The position numbers and the translations under genes were made by a program. The notes under the pieces are model-generated. The model was not told the origin of the DNA. It did not search any database and worked only from the letters and a program-made list of their open reading frames with translations. Positions 12,716 through 24,855 of a stretch of 64,000 bases of DNA are shown here, in pieces; position 1 is the stretch's first letter, and every line of letters begins with the position of its first letter. Source of the stretch: Epiperipatus broadwayi (Eukaryota > Animalia > Onychophora); NCBI GenBank assembly GCA_028023455.1, contig JAQFVV010000005.1:11718001-11782000 (forward strand), in the 5' to 3' direction.

Positions 12716-13300
12716 CAGTGTTTTCCAGATTAATGATAATGGATTCTCTTTCCAATCTGCCTGCAGTGCCATTTTTTAATTAATGCATGCAATATAGTGA
12801 CATAGTTTAGCTATTCTCAAAAATTTTCAGATGCTACATCATAAGTTATGGATAATATGTGACGGTGTATTTTATATCTTTCAAAAAACAATGGAACAAC
12901 ACTTATTAATTTTGTTTTAAATTAAGAAAACTGTTCCTGAAATGAATGTAATAGTTCATAGTGTGTGTGGTAGTGAAGCTACAAAAATGTTATCAAATGG
13001 TTTGCAAGATTGATGATGATCCATGGCTAAGTGCAAATAGCTGCTGAAATTCTTTGAAATGATTTCTGGGTATCTGTCACACTCACTGAGGAATTAAATG
13101 GCATTATTAAAACTACTACTGTCCATTGCATTTTAATGAAAGTTTTGAGAAAATGCCTCATTTGTTGACAATCAACCAAAAAGTCACTAGTGTAAAGTAT
13201 TGCAGAAAGATACAAAAAAATGCAACTACACATCTGCAATTCTTGTCAAATATCATAATGGGTGATGGGTGCATGATGTTTAAAACAAAAACAAAAATAA
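12716..13300 (-). mobile_element. Decayed hAT (ZMYM1-like) transposase remnant
   Basis: Minus-strand ALQADWKENPL resembles the GLQA..KE.NPLA motif; nucleotide similarity (ctgcctgcag...atatagtgacatagttt) to the remnant at 63500-63560. Confidence 0.45.
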
Positions 13301-15239
13301 ATGCAAATGAGTTGAATTAAATAAATTTTATCTGTTCTTTTAATTTTAAAGAAATGATTTATTATGACTACATTCCTTAAATTTAGTAAATGCTACCTAT
13401 TATTTAGATGTTTCGAATTACTTGTGGCAGCAAAACTTTGCATTTATAATCTGAATACCAAAAGTAAGGATTTTAGTCATTATTACATAATAATATACTG
13501 GACTACAGTGCTATAATGGCACATAATTTTTTGGCCAAAAAAAAAAACATTGTTGTAGCTCAAGCATTCATTTTATTTTCATGATTAAACAATGATTTTG
13601 GTTATTTCCACAAATTAAATTTACTCATGGAAGAAGAATGTCAAGTTTTGATGCAGGATATTCAGAAGCTTCTGACAAAGTTACTTCAAACAACTCCATA
13701 AGATTTCAAGAACTGTGTTAGATTTACAATTGTTTACACCAATATACTAAATCACAATGAGTTTTATTTCACATCAGACATTTTATATTGGAATACATTA
13801 TGTATAATGAATATAATAATTACAAAAATGATAGAAGTCACATTAGAAGAAAATAATAAACTCAACACACATACACAAAGGCTATTCACATCAAAAGAAA
13901 AATGAGATAAAAAGTGGATCGATTTGAGCATTTCTATAAACGATATATACAATGAAATATCCTAACATGTATGGATAGCTTAGTTAAGATGACTTAAACA
14001 AGCATAGGTTTTGAAAAAAATATATAATAAAATAATTAGAAAATAATTATTATAATCTAACAAGGATTCATAAAGTAAATTTAATTTAAGCGTTAAAGCA
14101 TTATACCGGAAACTAGCAAATAACCTTGTATTGAAACTCAGCTATTAAAATCATACAAATATTAAACTTCTCTTGTAGTAGCATTTATCATAAATAAAAA
14201 AAAAAAAAGCTTGTTTAGAGCTATTAGCACGCTCTTAATTTTACATATTTGTAAGTGCAAGCTATATATGTCATGTGACATCTGACTTATCATTATTACT
14301 ATTAAACCAAATTAACAATTTTAATATAGTTATCATATCATAAACATATTTAATAGCACAACCGGATACCTTATCCACTTCAAAAGCAATTATCATGAAC
14401 TCAAAAGTAACATGCATACTTATCAAGATAAAAAATAGTATTTAAAAATTTTGTATTTTGTTATTTTCTTTTTTATTAAGAGTATGCGCCATAACACACA
14501 CTTATAGATGGAAATTGTAAAAAAAAAACATTTTAATTTAAAAGAATTTTTATTGAGATAATTGTTTTTTTTTTGTTTTAATCTATTTTAAAAAGCAGAA
14601 ACTCATTTTTTAATTTATTAAAATGGGATAAAGATTAAAAAAAAGCCCTGGTTAAAACTTTTAATTAAGATCTGGTGGGGGATAACAATTGCATATAAAA
14701 GTTGTGTTTTTGAATGAGATTATTATAAATTATATTTTTGCTAGTTGCCAATGGCTGATGTGATATAACTTTTATATTTGCTAACTGCAGACTGCTGATT
14801 TTTAGATTTCATTATTTGCAAATTTTTGATAGCAGATATATAATTTTATATTTTCTAATTACAGATTGCTGCTTTCTTGAGTTAATTGCAAAGGAAGATT
14901 GCGGTTTGTCAACTGCTAAAGAAAACCATTCGAAAGAAAAAAGTAAATATGCTTAATACTGGAATTAATGCCCTTTCAAAATGCAGAATCTACTCATCTT
15001 AAAGAACCCTGTTAAAAGTGTGCTGTGCTAAACCAATTCCATGATTAACCCTAGAGCTCGAAATTGTGCCATCATGAACACATTCTAAACACTTCCAGAA
15101 CTGATCCTGAAAATTGCTGTCATACTCCCAACCATATAAATGGAGATTTAAAATCATTATAATGTAATCCCAATAGAATTAAAACTTTGCTGCTAGATCT
15201 AATCAATCAGCAAAATTGAAGCCCCAAAGGTAACTGAAT

Positions 15240-15765
15240 GTTTTTCTATTTTAACCGGGGCTTAAATATCTAAATCACCCTTTCCCCACCTTTTTTTGTT
15301 CCTGTTTCGCTTCACACTAAATCACACTTCACCTTTACAACACTGGGTTTTTTTTGAATTTTGTTGGGTGTGTGGTTTTTTTTTTTGTGTTTTTTTATTT
15401 TATTTTTTGATATTATATGGTGTCTATTCATCTCTTAACATAACTCAATTTGACAAAAAACAACCCCCCCCCCCACCCATAAACTCAATTAAAATATTAT
15501 TTAAATTATACTTATTTATTTGTATTAGTTTGATTTTATTTATTTTTTTTTACATATTTTATTATTTAATATAAAATATTATATTATATTATTTTTTGTT
15601 AAATATTTTTTTTGTGGTATTTTTTTTTTTTTATTTTTTTTTTTTTCTTTTTTTGTTTTTTTTTTTTTTTTTGTTTTTTTTTTTTTTGTTGGGTGGGGTT
15701 TGGGGTGGGTTAGGGTGGGGGGTGCATCGTTAGGGTTAAAATAACTTTTGGGTTATCTTGCTGGG

Positions 15766-15801
<36 letters not shown>

Positions 15802-16209
15802 TTTTGTTAATAAAATTTTTTGGATGAAAATTTTTTTTTTACTATTTCCTACCAACTATTAATAAATAATAAATAATGAAGGATTATTTATGGTCTTTTT
15901 TTTTTCTTTTTTCATTTTTTTAAATTAAATTTTTTAAATTGATATTTATTATTTTTTTTTCTTTTTTTTCATCTCTTTTTTTAATTTTTTTTTAAAATAA
16001 ATAATTTAAAAAAAAAAATAATTAAAAATTTTTTTTATTTTATTTTTTAAAAATATTTTGTTTTTTTTTTTTTTTTTTTAAATTTTTTTTAAGTTGGGGT
16101 CTTTTTTTTTTTTTTTTTTTTTTTTTATATTTTTTTTTTTAAATATTTTTTAATATTTTTAATATAAAATATAAAAATTAAATTTTTTTTTTTTTTTTAT
16201 TTTTTATTT

Positions 16210-16283
<74 letters not shown>
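15240..16283. repeat. Extreme T-rich low-complexity tract with G/C runs, ending in an A run
   Basis: About 1 kb of homopolymer runs; G-run cluster at 15688-15736; texture typical of unpolished long-read sequence. Confidence 0.8.
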
Positions 16284-16285
<2 letters not shown>

Positions 16286-16599
16286 CTAAATGTTAGGTTC
16301 AAAGGAAGAATATGAAAATATGATAGCCCTATGAGTAAGAAATTTGATATTAATATTTCTTTTATTAGATGTATTTTTTTAAAAACCTATAAATTGTAGA
16401 TAATTAAATTAATATTGTATTTTGTCACTTTGTCAGAGAAGGTATTGTGAGTTAATATTTTATGCTCATTGTTTTTCTTTATTATTATTTATTGTTAAAA
16501 GCTTTGGCAGATAATAGTAATTTTCTTTTTATCTCACCTGTTCCCTATTTGAAATTAATGTAGTTAATGTGTGTTTGTGTTTTCTGCAGACCGCAAATC

Positions 16600-17500
16600 T
16601 TTTGGCTAGTGATGTAGTCATTATATAGTTGTTTTTCTTAAACCATAGATTTTGTTTTCCTATATTTCAGATACGTAAAATTATAATCTTTTCTCTTTGC
16701 TTGTATGGAGATAACCTTAAGGATCATATTTATGCAATTTTAGATGAGCGTTTCGAAGCATATGACATCTTTATTTTATATTGTTGTTTTACAGGGTTAA
16801 GGAAAGCTTGCTTTGCACTGTTCATTAACTTCAGTACAACATTGTTTTTACTATTAATACGCTAAAACTAATTGCATCAAGGTGAAACTTTTAAGTTTAT
16901 TAATTAGTAGGCTTTTTTTTAATCTATTCTATCTATTCTACCTTTTAGACTTAGCACTTTCAGAGCCCTTGCAGCTCCATATTCATAGTCCTTTTCATAT
17001 TGTTAACTATATGCAAATGTATGCAAATCGCTTATATCATCCATTTTTTCGAAATTGCAAAGCACAAATCCTTTCTGTTTATTGCTCTGGCATCGCTGGT
17101 GATGAAACATGCTTCTTTGACCTTCCTCTTGACATCGTTTCTTTCTGTGCATATGATGTTGGCCTTGGAGGGCTCAAATTTGTGGTTGTGTTCCTGCTGA
17201 TAGTCAGCCTTCTTTTTGGGTTGTAGCTCTTGTGTATACATATTTGTGCTGGGCCAGTCTATTGCCCACTGTGGCCCGAGTTTCCCCATAATAAACTGAA
17301 TCACAACCTGTCTGCGGGCACACAATTCTATAAACTACATGGGGGGTTTCTTCGATGTTTCTCTTGTCTTTGGTATTGTTGATGAGCCATAGAAATTGAA
17401 GAGTAGATAAATCAATAGCAGAAAGATCCTGATAATTCCCTTTAATTCTTGGGTAAGAAAGCAAAGTTATCTGCCAAAGTGTTTAGCGCCACAATATTCT
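16600..17500 (-). mobile_element. Penelope-like element 3' fragment (frameshifted GIY-YIG endonuclease plus 3' region)
   Basis: ORF 17204-17464 VVYRIVCPQTGCDSVYYGETRATVGNRLAQH; ORF 17032-17325 IICTERNDVKRKVKEACFI...AINR. Both are typical of PLE endonucleases. Confidence 0.8.
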
Positions 17501-19329
17501 CGTGCACTCTCATACAAAAGAAGTTGGAGAATTTAGATCAAAATTTTGTATTTTATTTGACTAATATTTTTGAATATAATAAAACCTAAAATTTATTAAT
17601 AATTGTATTTGTTTTTGGCTGATGATTGTTTCTGTGTCCTGTTCCTAAATTGTCTGAACAATGTTTAAAATCTCTTTCTCTCCCTGGATCTAGTTGGCAG
17701 CATTTATATTCATCATCATTAACTTTTTGATCACCTTAAATCAAATTTTTTAGGTTGAGTGGTCTAGTGACACCCTCAGTGATAAAAAGAAATGGAGTGT
17801 CTGGTACAATATATATATTTATAAAAAAATATCTGAGTGCACATATATAAATTTATATTCATTATTAAATACTCAAAGACATTAAAAGTAATCAATATTA
17901 AATACTCAAAGAGATAATTTATAGTTAGCTAATCTTCATCAAATCAGATGGAGAGAGAATGAAAGTGTAAAATCAAAGACTTTGTTTTCAAAAAGTGATG
18001 TTGGAGATAATATTGAAGATTACTTAAGTGTTAATTTGAAAGTGATAATCTGAAACTTGTTTTCCATGGTAAAAGTAACAAGTCAGTTATCTGGAACAAT
18101 GAAAATACAATGACATGATTATAGCTTATCCAATAAGTATTTCAAACATATATAAAGCTTAAAAAAATAAATTAGTAGATCATCTAAAATCAATTCAATG
18201 TTCTTTTACCAATTGCCTTTGCAAGTATGCATGTGCTTATTAAAGGGTAAAAAGCAAATAGATAGTCCAGATCCTATGCATAATTTTAAATCTAAAAGAG
18301 TAATACACTGAAGTCTAATACTGAATAAAAACGATGAATTCTCCACTACAATACAGTAAGCAAATTTATTTTATTATCATTCTTCATGCCTGCATGTTTA
18401 ACTTAAAGTAACTTTCAATTTAAAATCACTTTAATAAGTTCAAATTTTCAACTTACTCTAAAATAAATCTTTATAATAATATCAAATTTCCAACATGCAA
18501 ACTTGCTAATTTATTAAAAGCTACTTTTTTCTCTCTTTATAAACCAGATAAATTCGTATCTGAATAATTCCCACAAACCTTGTATTATATTATGTAAAAA
18601 TAACTTATATTTAAACAAAAATCTTTTACAAAAAAGTGGCTGAAACCTAATGAAAGGATTGGTCATCATTTATTATTAAAAATATTTAATATCTGTTATA
18701 ACTTTAAATAAATTATATATTAATTTTGTTGCTCTAATTCTGCAGCAAGTTATAGTTTATTTAATATTTTTTTTATTAATATTAAAAATAAGATAATCCA
18801 GAGATTTAGATTAGAGGTCAATGTATTATGATCATAAAATAACCTTCAAGCACAAATGTGTCATAATTATAGATACAGGAGTTAAATGTCTAAATAATCA
18901 TCACCATTATAAAAATAAACAAAAATGATATTCACTTTAATTAGATATTTCTGTTTAAAGATTGGAATGATAATGTATGTATTTAAAACATATATGTTGT
19001 ACAAGTAAATATTTCCAGTGACAGAAATAAATAAGTATTAATAATATTATGAATGATGCAAAATAACAATATTTAATGTCAATTATAATAAAACAAAGTG
19101 TTTAAAAGTGCAAGAGTGTATGAAAATATATTTTAAATGGAATTGGAATTTTAAAATCGCTGAAAATAATTATTTATTATCTTTATATAATTAATGTATT
19201 TGATTGTGCATCCAAATACACTGATTATTATAAAGAATGATAGTCTTAAGAGGTAGATGATAATATGCATATATTAAATTGACAAATGGTAATAGTGTCT
19301 ACTCTTAATGATATGAATTTGTAATCTTG

Positions 19330-19575
19330 GTACATTTCACTGAATCCTCTCAGCAACTGATGGTAATAAATCACTAAACACCACATGATCACAAGATCTA
19401 GATGCAGTCCTCTCAGATTCAAGGCTGCTTACTGACGAAGGCCACAAGCTAGAAACTAGTCTGGGGATATTGGATGAGTAGGCACTAGATGGGGATTTTA
19501 TGCACAAACCTTCTGGCATCCATTGATTACTCTGGTTTGTACTGAGTAGTGCTACTGTATGGAGAGTTTTGCCTG
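19330..19575 (+). mobile_element. Non-coding repeat family A copy (hammerhead-bearing)
   Basis: Aligns along its length with 28740-28933. Confidence 0.75.
19426..19467 (+). ncRNA. Minimal type-I hammerhead ribozyme motif, family A
   Basis: gcttA CTGACGA AGGC-CACAA-GCTA GAAAC TA GTC Tgggg; palindromic stem III ACTAGT; GUC site; A.A mismatch at the base of stem II. Confidence 0.6.
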
Positions 19576-21859
19576 TTTTAATTGAAGGTAACAGAATATG
19601 TATAAAAAAAGAAATGATGTAAAGTTAAATAGCTTACTTGTCACGTTTATAAAATATAAATATTATAAGATAAAAAATAAATCTATGACATATGAGTCAT
19701 GGGGTAATTAATGTAACCTTGATCATGATCAAAATGATGTTTTATGAGCATATTTCTCAGTAGTTTACTGCATGACACTGAAAATTAATGTTTGACATTT
19801 AAAAATACTTACTCCAACTCTGAGGAATAATGCAAGACAATGATTATAGTTAGTTTTAAAGTTAAAAAGTCATTATCTTAAATATGTCTAAGAAAAACTA
19901 AATGCAATTGTTAATTAATAAGATCTAATCCTGATCCCATAGCTATTACAAAAATGAGGATATTTTTTTAACAATCAATCATTTTTAAATGTCCAATGAT
20001 TTGAATATGGTATTATCTATTTCATTTCCATCATGCATTAATTAGAAGGTGGGCATGAGGGCAAACAAACATATTCTCTTTGAAATCATATTTGTATGAT
20101 ACAGTCTAACTTATATATATATATATGTAAGACCCACATATCTGTGCATTTATATTCTGCTATATATTCTATCAAGTATTTATTTTAAGTGGTTAATTAT
20201 AATGATGATATCTCATTCAAAATATCAAAAATATTAATATCTATATAAATCCCACCTTACCAAGTTTGATTTCAATAAGTGCTTCACAGACAATAGCAGA
20301 CTATATTGTATCAGTAAATCAAATGTAGACACATCTAACATACATATTCATATATATATTAACATTAATATATTGTCATCTTCTTCATACAGAGATAATT
20401 CCTTGATTTGGTTACAAAACAAAATAGAAAGAAACCAAGTTCATAAATATAAATGGCTCCAATATCTCATGACTATCATATAAAGTGGGTAACAGGTTTC
20501 TCTGGGCATAGTTGCTGAGAGATTCCTGACTCCATTTAAGGAGAAGTCACGGTGCATCACATCACATCATATATAGTTCTATAACAATGTATATGTAATC
20601 CAAGTTTCTTTAAAATTACGCACACATACTTAGTATAAATCATCCATATTGTTACTCTACCCTACTTTTATACTTCCTTTAAAAAACAATTTTAAAGTAT
20701 TTTAAGATATATCTGAAAATTTAAATAATAACTTGGCTGCAATTTAGAATCAGAAAAAAATACTAAAAAAAAAAAAACAATAAATTTTAACTTGCATACT
20801 GCATAATTGATTTTTAAAAAAATCAGCATGTGGGTTATAACAATATCTAAACTTTCAATTTTTTTAGTCATGTAAAAATATAAGCTGTTTATAAGAAAAT
20901 GAATATAATAGAAAAAAAAAGGTAAAGGCCAGAATCCACAATATGAAAACAAAAAAAAAACTGTATTGGCAAGAATTTGACAAGGCTAAATATTAATACT
21001 TCTTAATTAAACATAAAAATGACAGATTGGAAAAAAATATAAATTCAAGACACACATACAAAGAACACCAATTTATATCAACAAACCAAGAAAATAAAAA
21101 TGTAACAATGTATGTAATAGTTTTAAGAAATGACAAAACAGATATCTGAATGCAGAAGACAATCGTTAAGGTAATTGTGAATGATTTTAGAATTACTTAT
21201 AAAATAGCAAACCAAAAGATAACCTGAATTAGTCATCAACAAAAGTGGCAATATGGAAGAAATTGAAAGATCCTAAGTTCTATAAAAATATCATATTTAT
21301 TATTTACACTAATTGATCTAATACATAAAAAATTCAAAAAGACAAAAACATGTTAAGACTTAATATGTATCATTAAGTTATCTGTATAAAAGCAGATCGA
21401 GTAACTAGCCAATAAAATACTTAGTCATCATTGTGATAGTTTACCATTGCTCACCATTTCCCTTAATATAATTTATTTTAATATTTCAAATATGGAAATA
21501 ATATAAAGATCAAAAGTGTCGATTAACTACTTAATCTTTGCATCTTAATTAACAATTTTCCAGTATATTACTTTAAACTCTCAAAGGCAAGCAGTAAAAA
21601 GAAACAAAGTTATATTAAGTGTATTTATATATAAATAAATTATTATGGTTTAGCCCAAAAAGTAATAATTTATCTATATCATTCAACCATGAAAACATTA
21701 AGTATAATATATATATCAAAAGCAGGAAAGGAAATCATTTCCTTCAGTAAAAACCATCATTTTAAAATACAGAAATCTCACTCTGTAATATAAAACTAAA
21801 CATAATCCAAGGCTTTATTCAATGGTCCAATAATATATACATATATAAAATGAGTAAGC

Positions 21860-22370
21860 TGGATTCTGGATCATGTAGTTTTTCTGCAAAGATGATTATC
21901 AGTTACTCACATGAAAAGAGAGAATAACAATATTGTAAGACCTATCTATTATCTGCTCATGATGAGATACATCACTTTGCCTGCCATTAAAATTAAAGAA
22001 AAATTTAAAAAAACTAATTAATAGACATGGTTGTATCTGTTTGAAAAATAAAATTTTATAACCATATTATATTTTGGAAGTGGAATGATACCATCACGTA
22101 AATAGACCAGCTATCAAATTACTCTAAATGGTAAAAAAAAGTTTATTTTTTTAAATAGAAACTGTAGAACAGTGTTAATATTATATACTGCTTTATTCTT
22201 GAGTAGAATTTATTAATAGCTTATTCATAATATAATGACTTATATATTTATTTTAATGAATTAAGTATATAGAATATATTCATTTTTTATTTATCAGTAT
22301 TATTATGATTATGTTCTTGGTATTTATTTTATAATTAATCTTGATTTAAATTTGTGTATAAAAATGTGAT
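21860..22370 (+). repeat. Diverged direct duplication, part 1 (partner 29310-29770)
   Basis: Collinear similarity from ctggatcatgtagt to cttgatttaaatttgtgtata. Confidence 0.75.
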
Positions 22371-22393
22371 AATATATAATAAAGCATTGTCAA

Positions 22394-22475
22394 GCAACGG
22401 TGGTCGAGAGGTCAGCAATGTCTGCTTTACAAGCAGCTGTCGCGGGTTCGCTTCCCGGCTGGTGCTATGACACAT
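22394..22475 (+). mobile_element. tRNA-Val(TAC)-like SINE head (not a functional tRNA)
   Basis: Acceptor stem GCAACGG/CTGGTGC, anticodon arm CTGC-TTTACAA-GCAG, T-arm CGGG-TTCGCTT-CCCG. D-arm is poor, the T-loop A58 is absent, and a second copy with the same tail (tatgacacatga) lies at 27029. Confidence 0.7.
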
Positions 22476-23757
22476 GAAAAAAACAACAACTATATATTGT
22501 AATGGAAATAAAAATGTGGAACCATGGCTAACTATATCTAATGTACCTTAACTATCTAAAATGATATTAGGAACTCAGCATTTGTAATTACTCTACATAG
22601 TTGTGTATTTGAAGTTTTGTAAATTCCATCATAACTTCAGAGACAGCATGTTCTCAGAGCTATAGGGGATTTATTCTACGAGTTATATGTATTTTTTATT
22701 ATCACTTTATTTACAAATGTATATTTGTATACAATTTATTTAATGGTAATAAGAAATGTATAGCATATGTGAAATAATAAGTAATAAATTTTATTAGCAA
22801 ATAATTTATTAATAAAAAATATAAGAAAATAATTGATGAATCAAATAAAGTATTATAGTCTTCTTCATGAGTTTCGTTGCTTAAGTATTATCTTTTTTCA
22901 TTTCAAAACTCTTAAGTAATGTTATTTCAAAGATATAAATAACTTAGTTTTGAGTATTATATAGCTTTTCAGAAATATTTTCAAGAAATTTATTATTTCA
23001 ATATCACCCAGTTTCTTGACTAAGTTAATAATTTAAATGTAATTTCTATTCTTTGAGAATACATTAAAGCTTCATGAATGTATTTTCTTCATTTATTTAG
23101 AAATTGTAATTTCAATAATAAAAGTTACATTATCAGAATTTCAAATTATCTTACACTAAGTTTGAAAAAGAAAACTTTTGCTTCTCTTCAACCTTTCAAA
23201 CTAGTTCTTTTCAATAAGCATTCGGGGCTTTTATATACTGATGCTTTTCTTCAATATTTTGAAGTAATACTTTTCCTTTAGCAATCCATTTTCAGAGCTT
23301 CATATGCTAATAGTAATGTAACAAGAATTAAGAAGGAATTGATGATTCAACAATCATTCTGGAACAGAGCTAATGAGCACCTTACTTTTAATTTAGCACT
23401 TCATTGCCCTTTTTGAAAACCATTATATAATGAATCTTATGTCCTTTTATAACTTATACAATAATTTGAACTTAAATGTTCATGTTGAAAAATAATTTAA
23501 AAGCAAAACTATTTTGCTTTCAGTCATCTTACTTTTCTAAAGAAGTAACAGGGGAGGAAGAGTGAAAAAAATGAATTTGTCTAGAGAAAAAAATCTCTCA
23601 TTTGAATTTTTCTAATACTTAATTTATATGGAGCATTTTAAATATTTTTCCACAATTCTTTTGGGAATATCTCCATAGTAAATTAAATAAGTTTATTTAT
23701 AAACAAGGGGGAAAGCATGCAAATATTTATTTGGCATTATTTTTTCAAAATATACTA

Positions 23758-23864
23758 ATGTAATTGGGATATACAATATTATCGCTACAATATTATATAT
23801 ATTGTAGTATCGCTACAATATTATATATATTGTAGTGATAATACTGTATATCCCATCATTACAT
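23758..23864. repeat. Fold-back palindrome of ~105 bp with a duplicated palindromic core
   Basis: Outer arms atgtaat-tgggatatacaatattatc / gataatactgtatatccca-tcattacat; core atcgctacaatattatatatattgtagt x2. Confidence 0.8.
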
Positions 23865-24012
23865 ATATACTTTATGTCAATAATGTTAAAAATCATAAAA
23901 GTAATGATAAATTTAAGTTTTAATAAATAAAAATTATATATATATTAAATGCACAGATAAATGTATATGGTATAGTAATTATAAAGTTATTTTATTAAAT
24001 GAAGTTAAATAA

Positions 24013-24855
24013 TATTTTAATTTGCGAAATGCCTATAGTTGAAAATTGAAATAAATCGAAATACTGCAAATCTCTAGCGCTTGTTACAATACTTAACTGA
24101 CAGCCAATCAGATGGCATGGATAGCTGTCGAAAATGACATCCAAACCTAAACACACAACAAAGATTTTACGAGAAAAGAGCAGCCCACCCTTTTCTCTAC
24201 TCTTCTTTCTATATATCTAAGCCAGTCATAAGCATTTAGGTTTGAAAGCTTTAAATATCTTCACAAATAACCCACCGAGTCTAAATCATAAACGTACAAA
24301 CCTAAATGCTTACGACTGGCTTAGATATATAAAAAGAAGAGTAGAGAAAAGGGTGGGCCATCCTTTTCTCGTAAAATCATTGTTGAGTGTTTAGGTTTGG
24401 ATGTCATTTTTGACAGCTATCCATGCCATCTGATTGGCTGTCAGTTAAGTATTGTAACGAGCGCTAGATATTTGCAGTATCTCGATTTCTTTCAATTTTC
24501 AACTATCGGTGCTTCGCAAATAAAAATATATTATTTACATTATTTACTGCGTTTTATGTATTCTAAAAACTACTTCATAGTAAATCATAGGATTTCACAT
24601 TGTACGTTTATGATTTAGACTCAGTGGGTTATTTGTGAAGATATTTAAAGCTTCAAGCTTTCAAACCTAAATGCTTACGACTGGCTTAGATATATAGAAA
24701 AAAGAGTAGAGAAAGGGTAAGCCACCCTTTTCTCGTAAAATCTTTGTTGTGTGTTTAGGTTTGGATATCATTTTCGACAGCTATCCATGCCATCTGATTG
24801 GCTGTCAGTTAAGTATTGTAACGAGCGTTAGAGATTTGCAGTATCTCAATTTATT
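24013..24855 (+). mobile_element. Non-coding inverted-plus-tandem element with an 18-bp target-site duplication (PLE-like architecture)
   Basis: Inverted copy 24013-24299 followed by ~1.5 forward units (period ~367 nt); flanking direct repeat ttaaatgaagttaaataa at 23995-24012 and 24856-24873. Confidence 0.8.

Noticed and set aside
15688-15740. Telomeric TTAGG(G) array
   Set aside because: Only two isolated units inside a low-quality homopolymer tract.
22394-22466. Functional tRNA-Val gene
   Set aside because: D-arm does not pair, the T-loop lacks A58, there are stem mismatches and no poly-T terminator, and a second copy shares the 3' tail, so it is SINE-like.
24636-24672. TGAAGA...AAAGC-ttcaa-GCTTT-CAAAC as a hammerhead in the 24-kb element
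   Set aside because: Lacks C3 and GAAA, spacing is wrong, and the hairpin is absent from the inverted copy.
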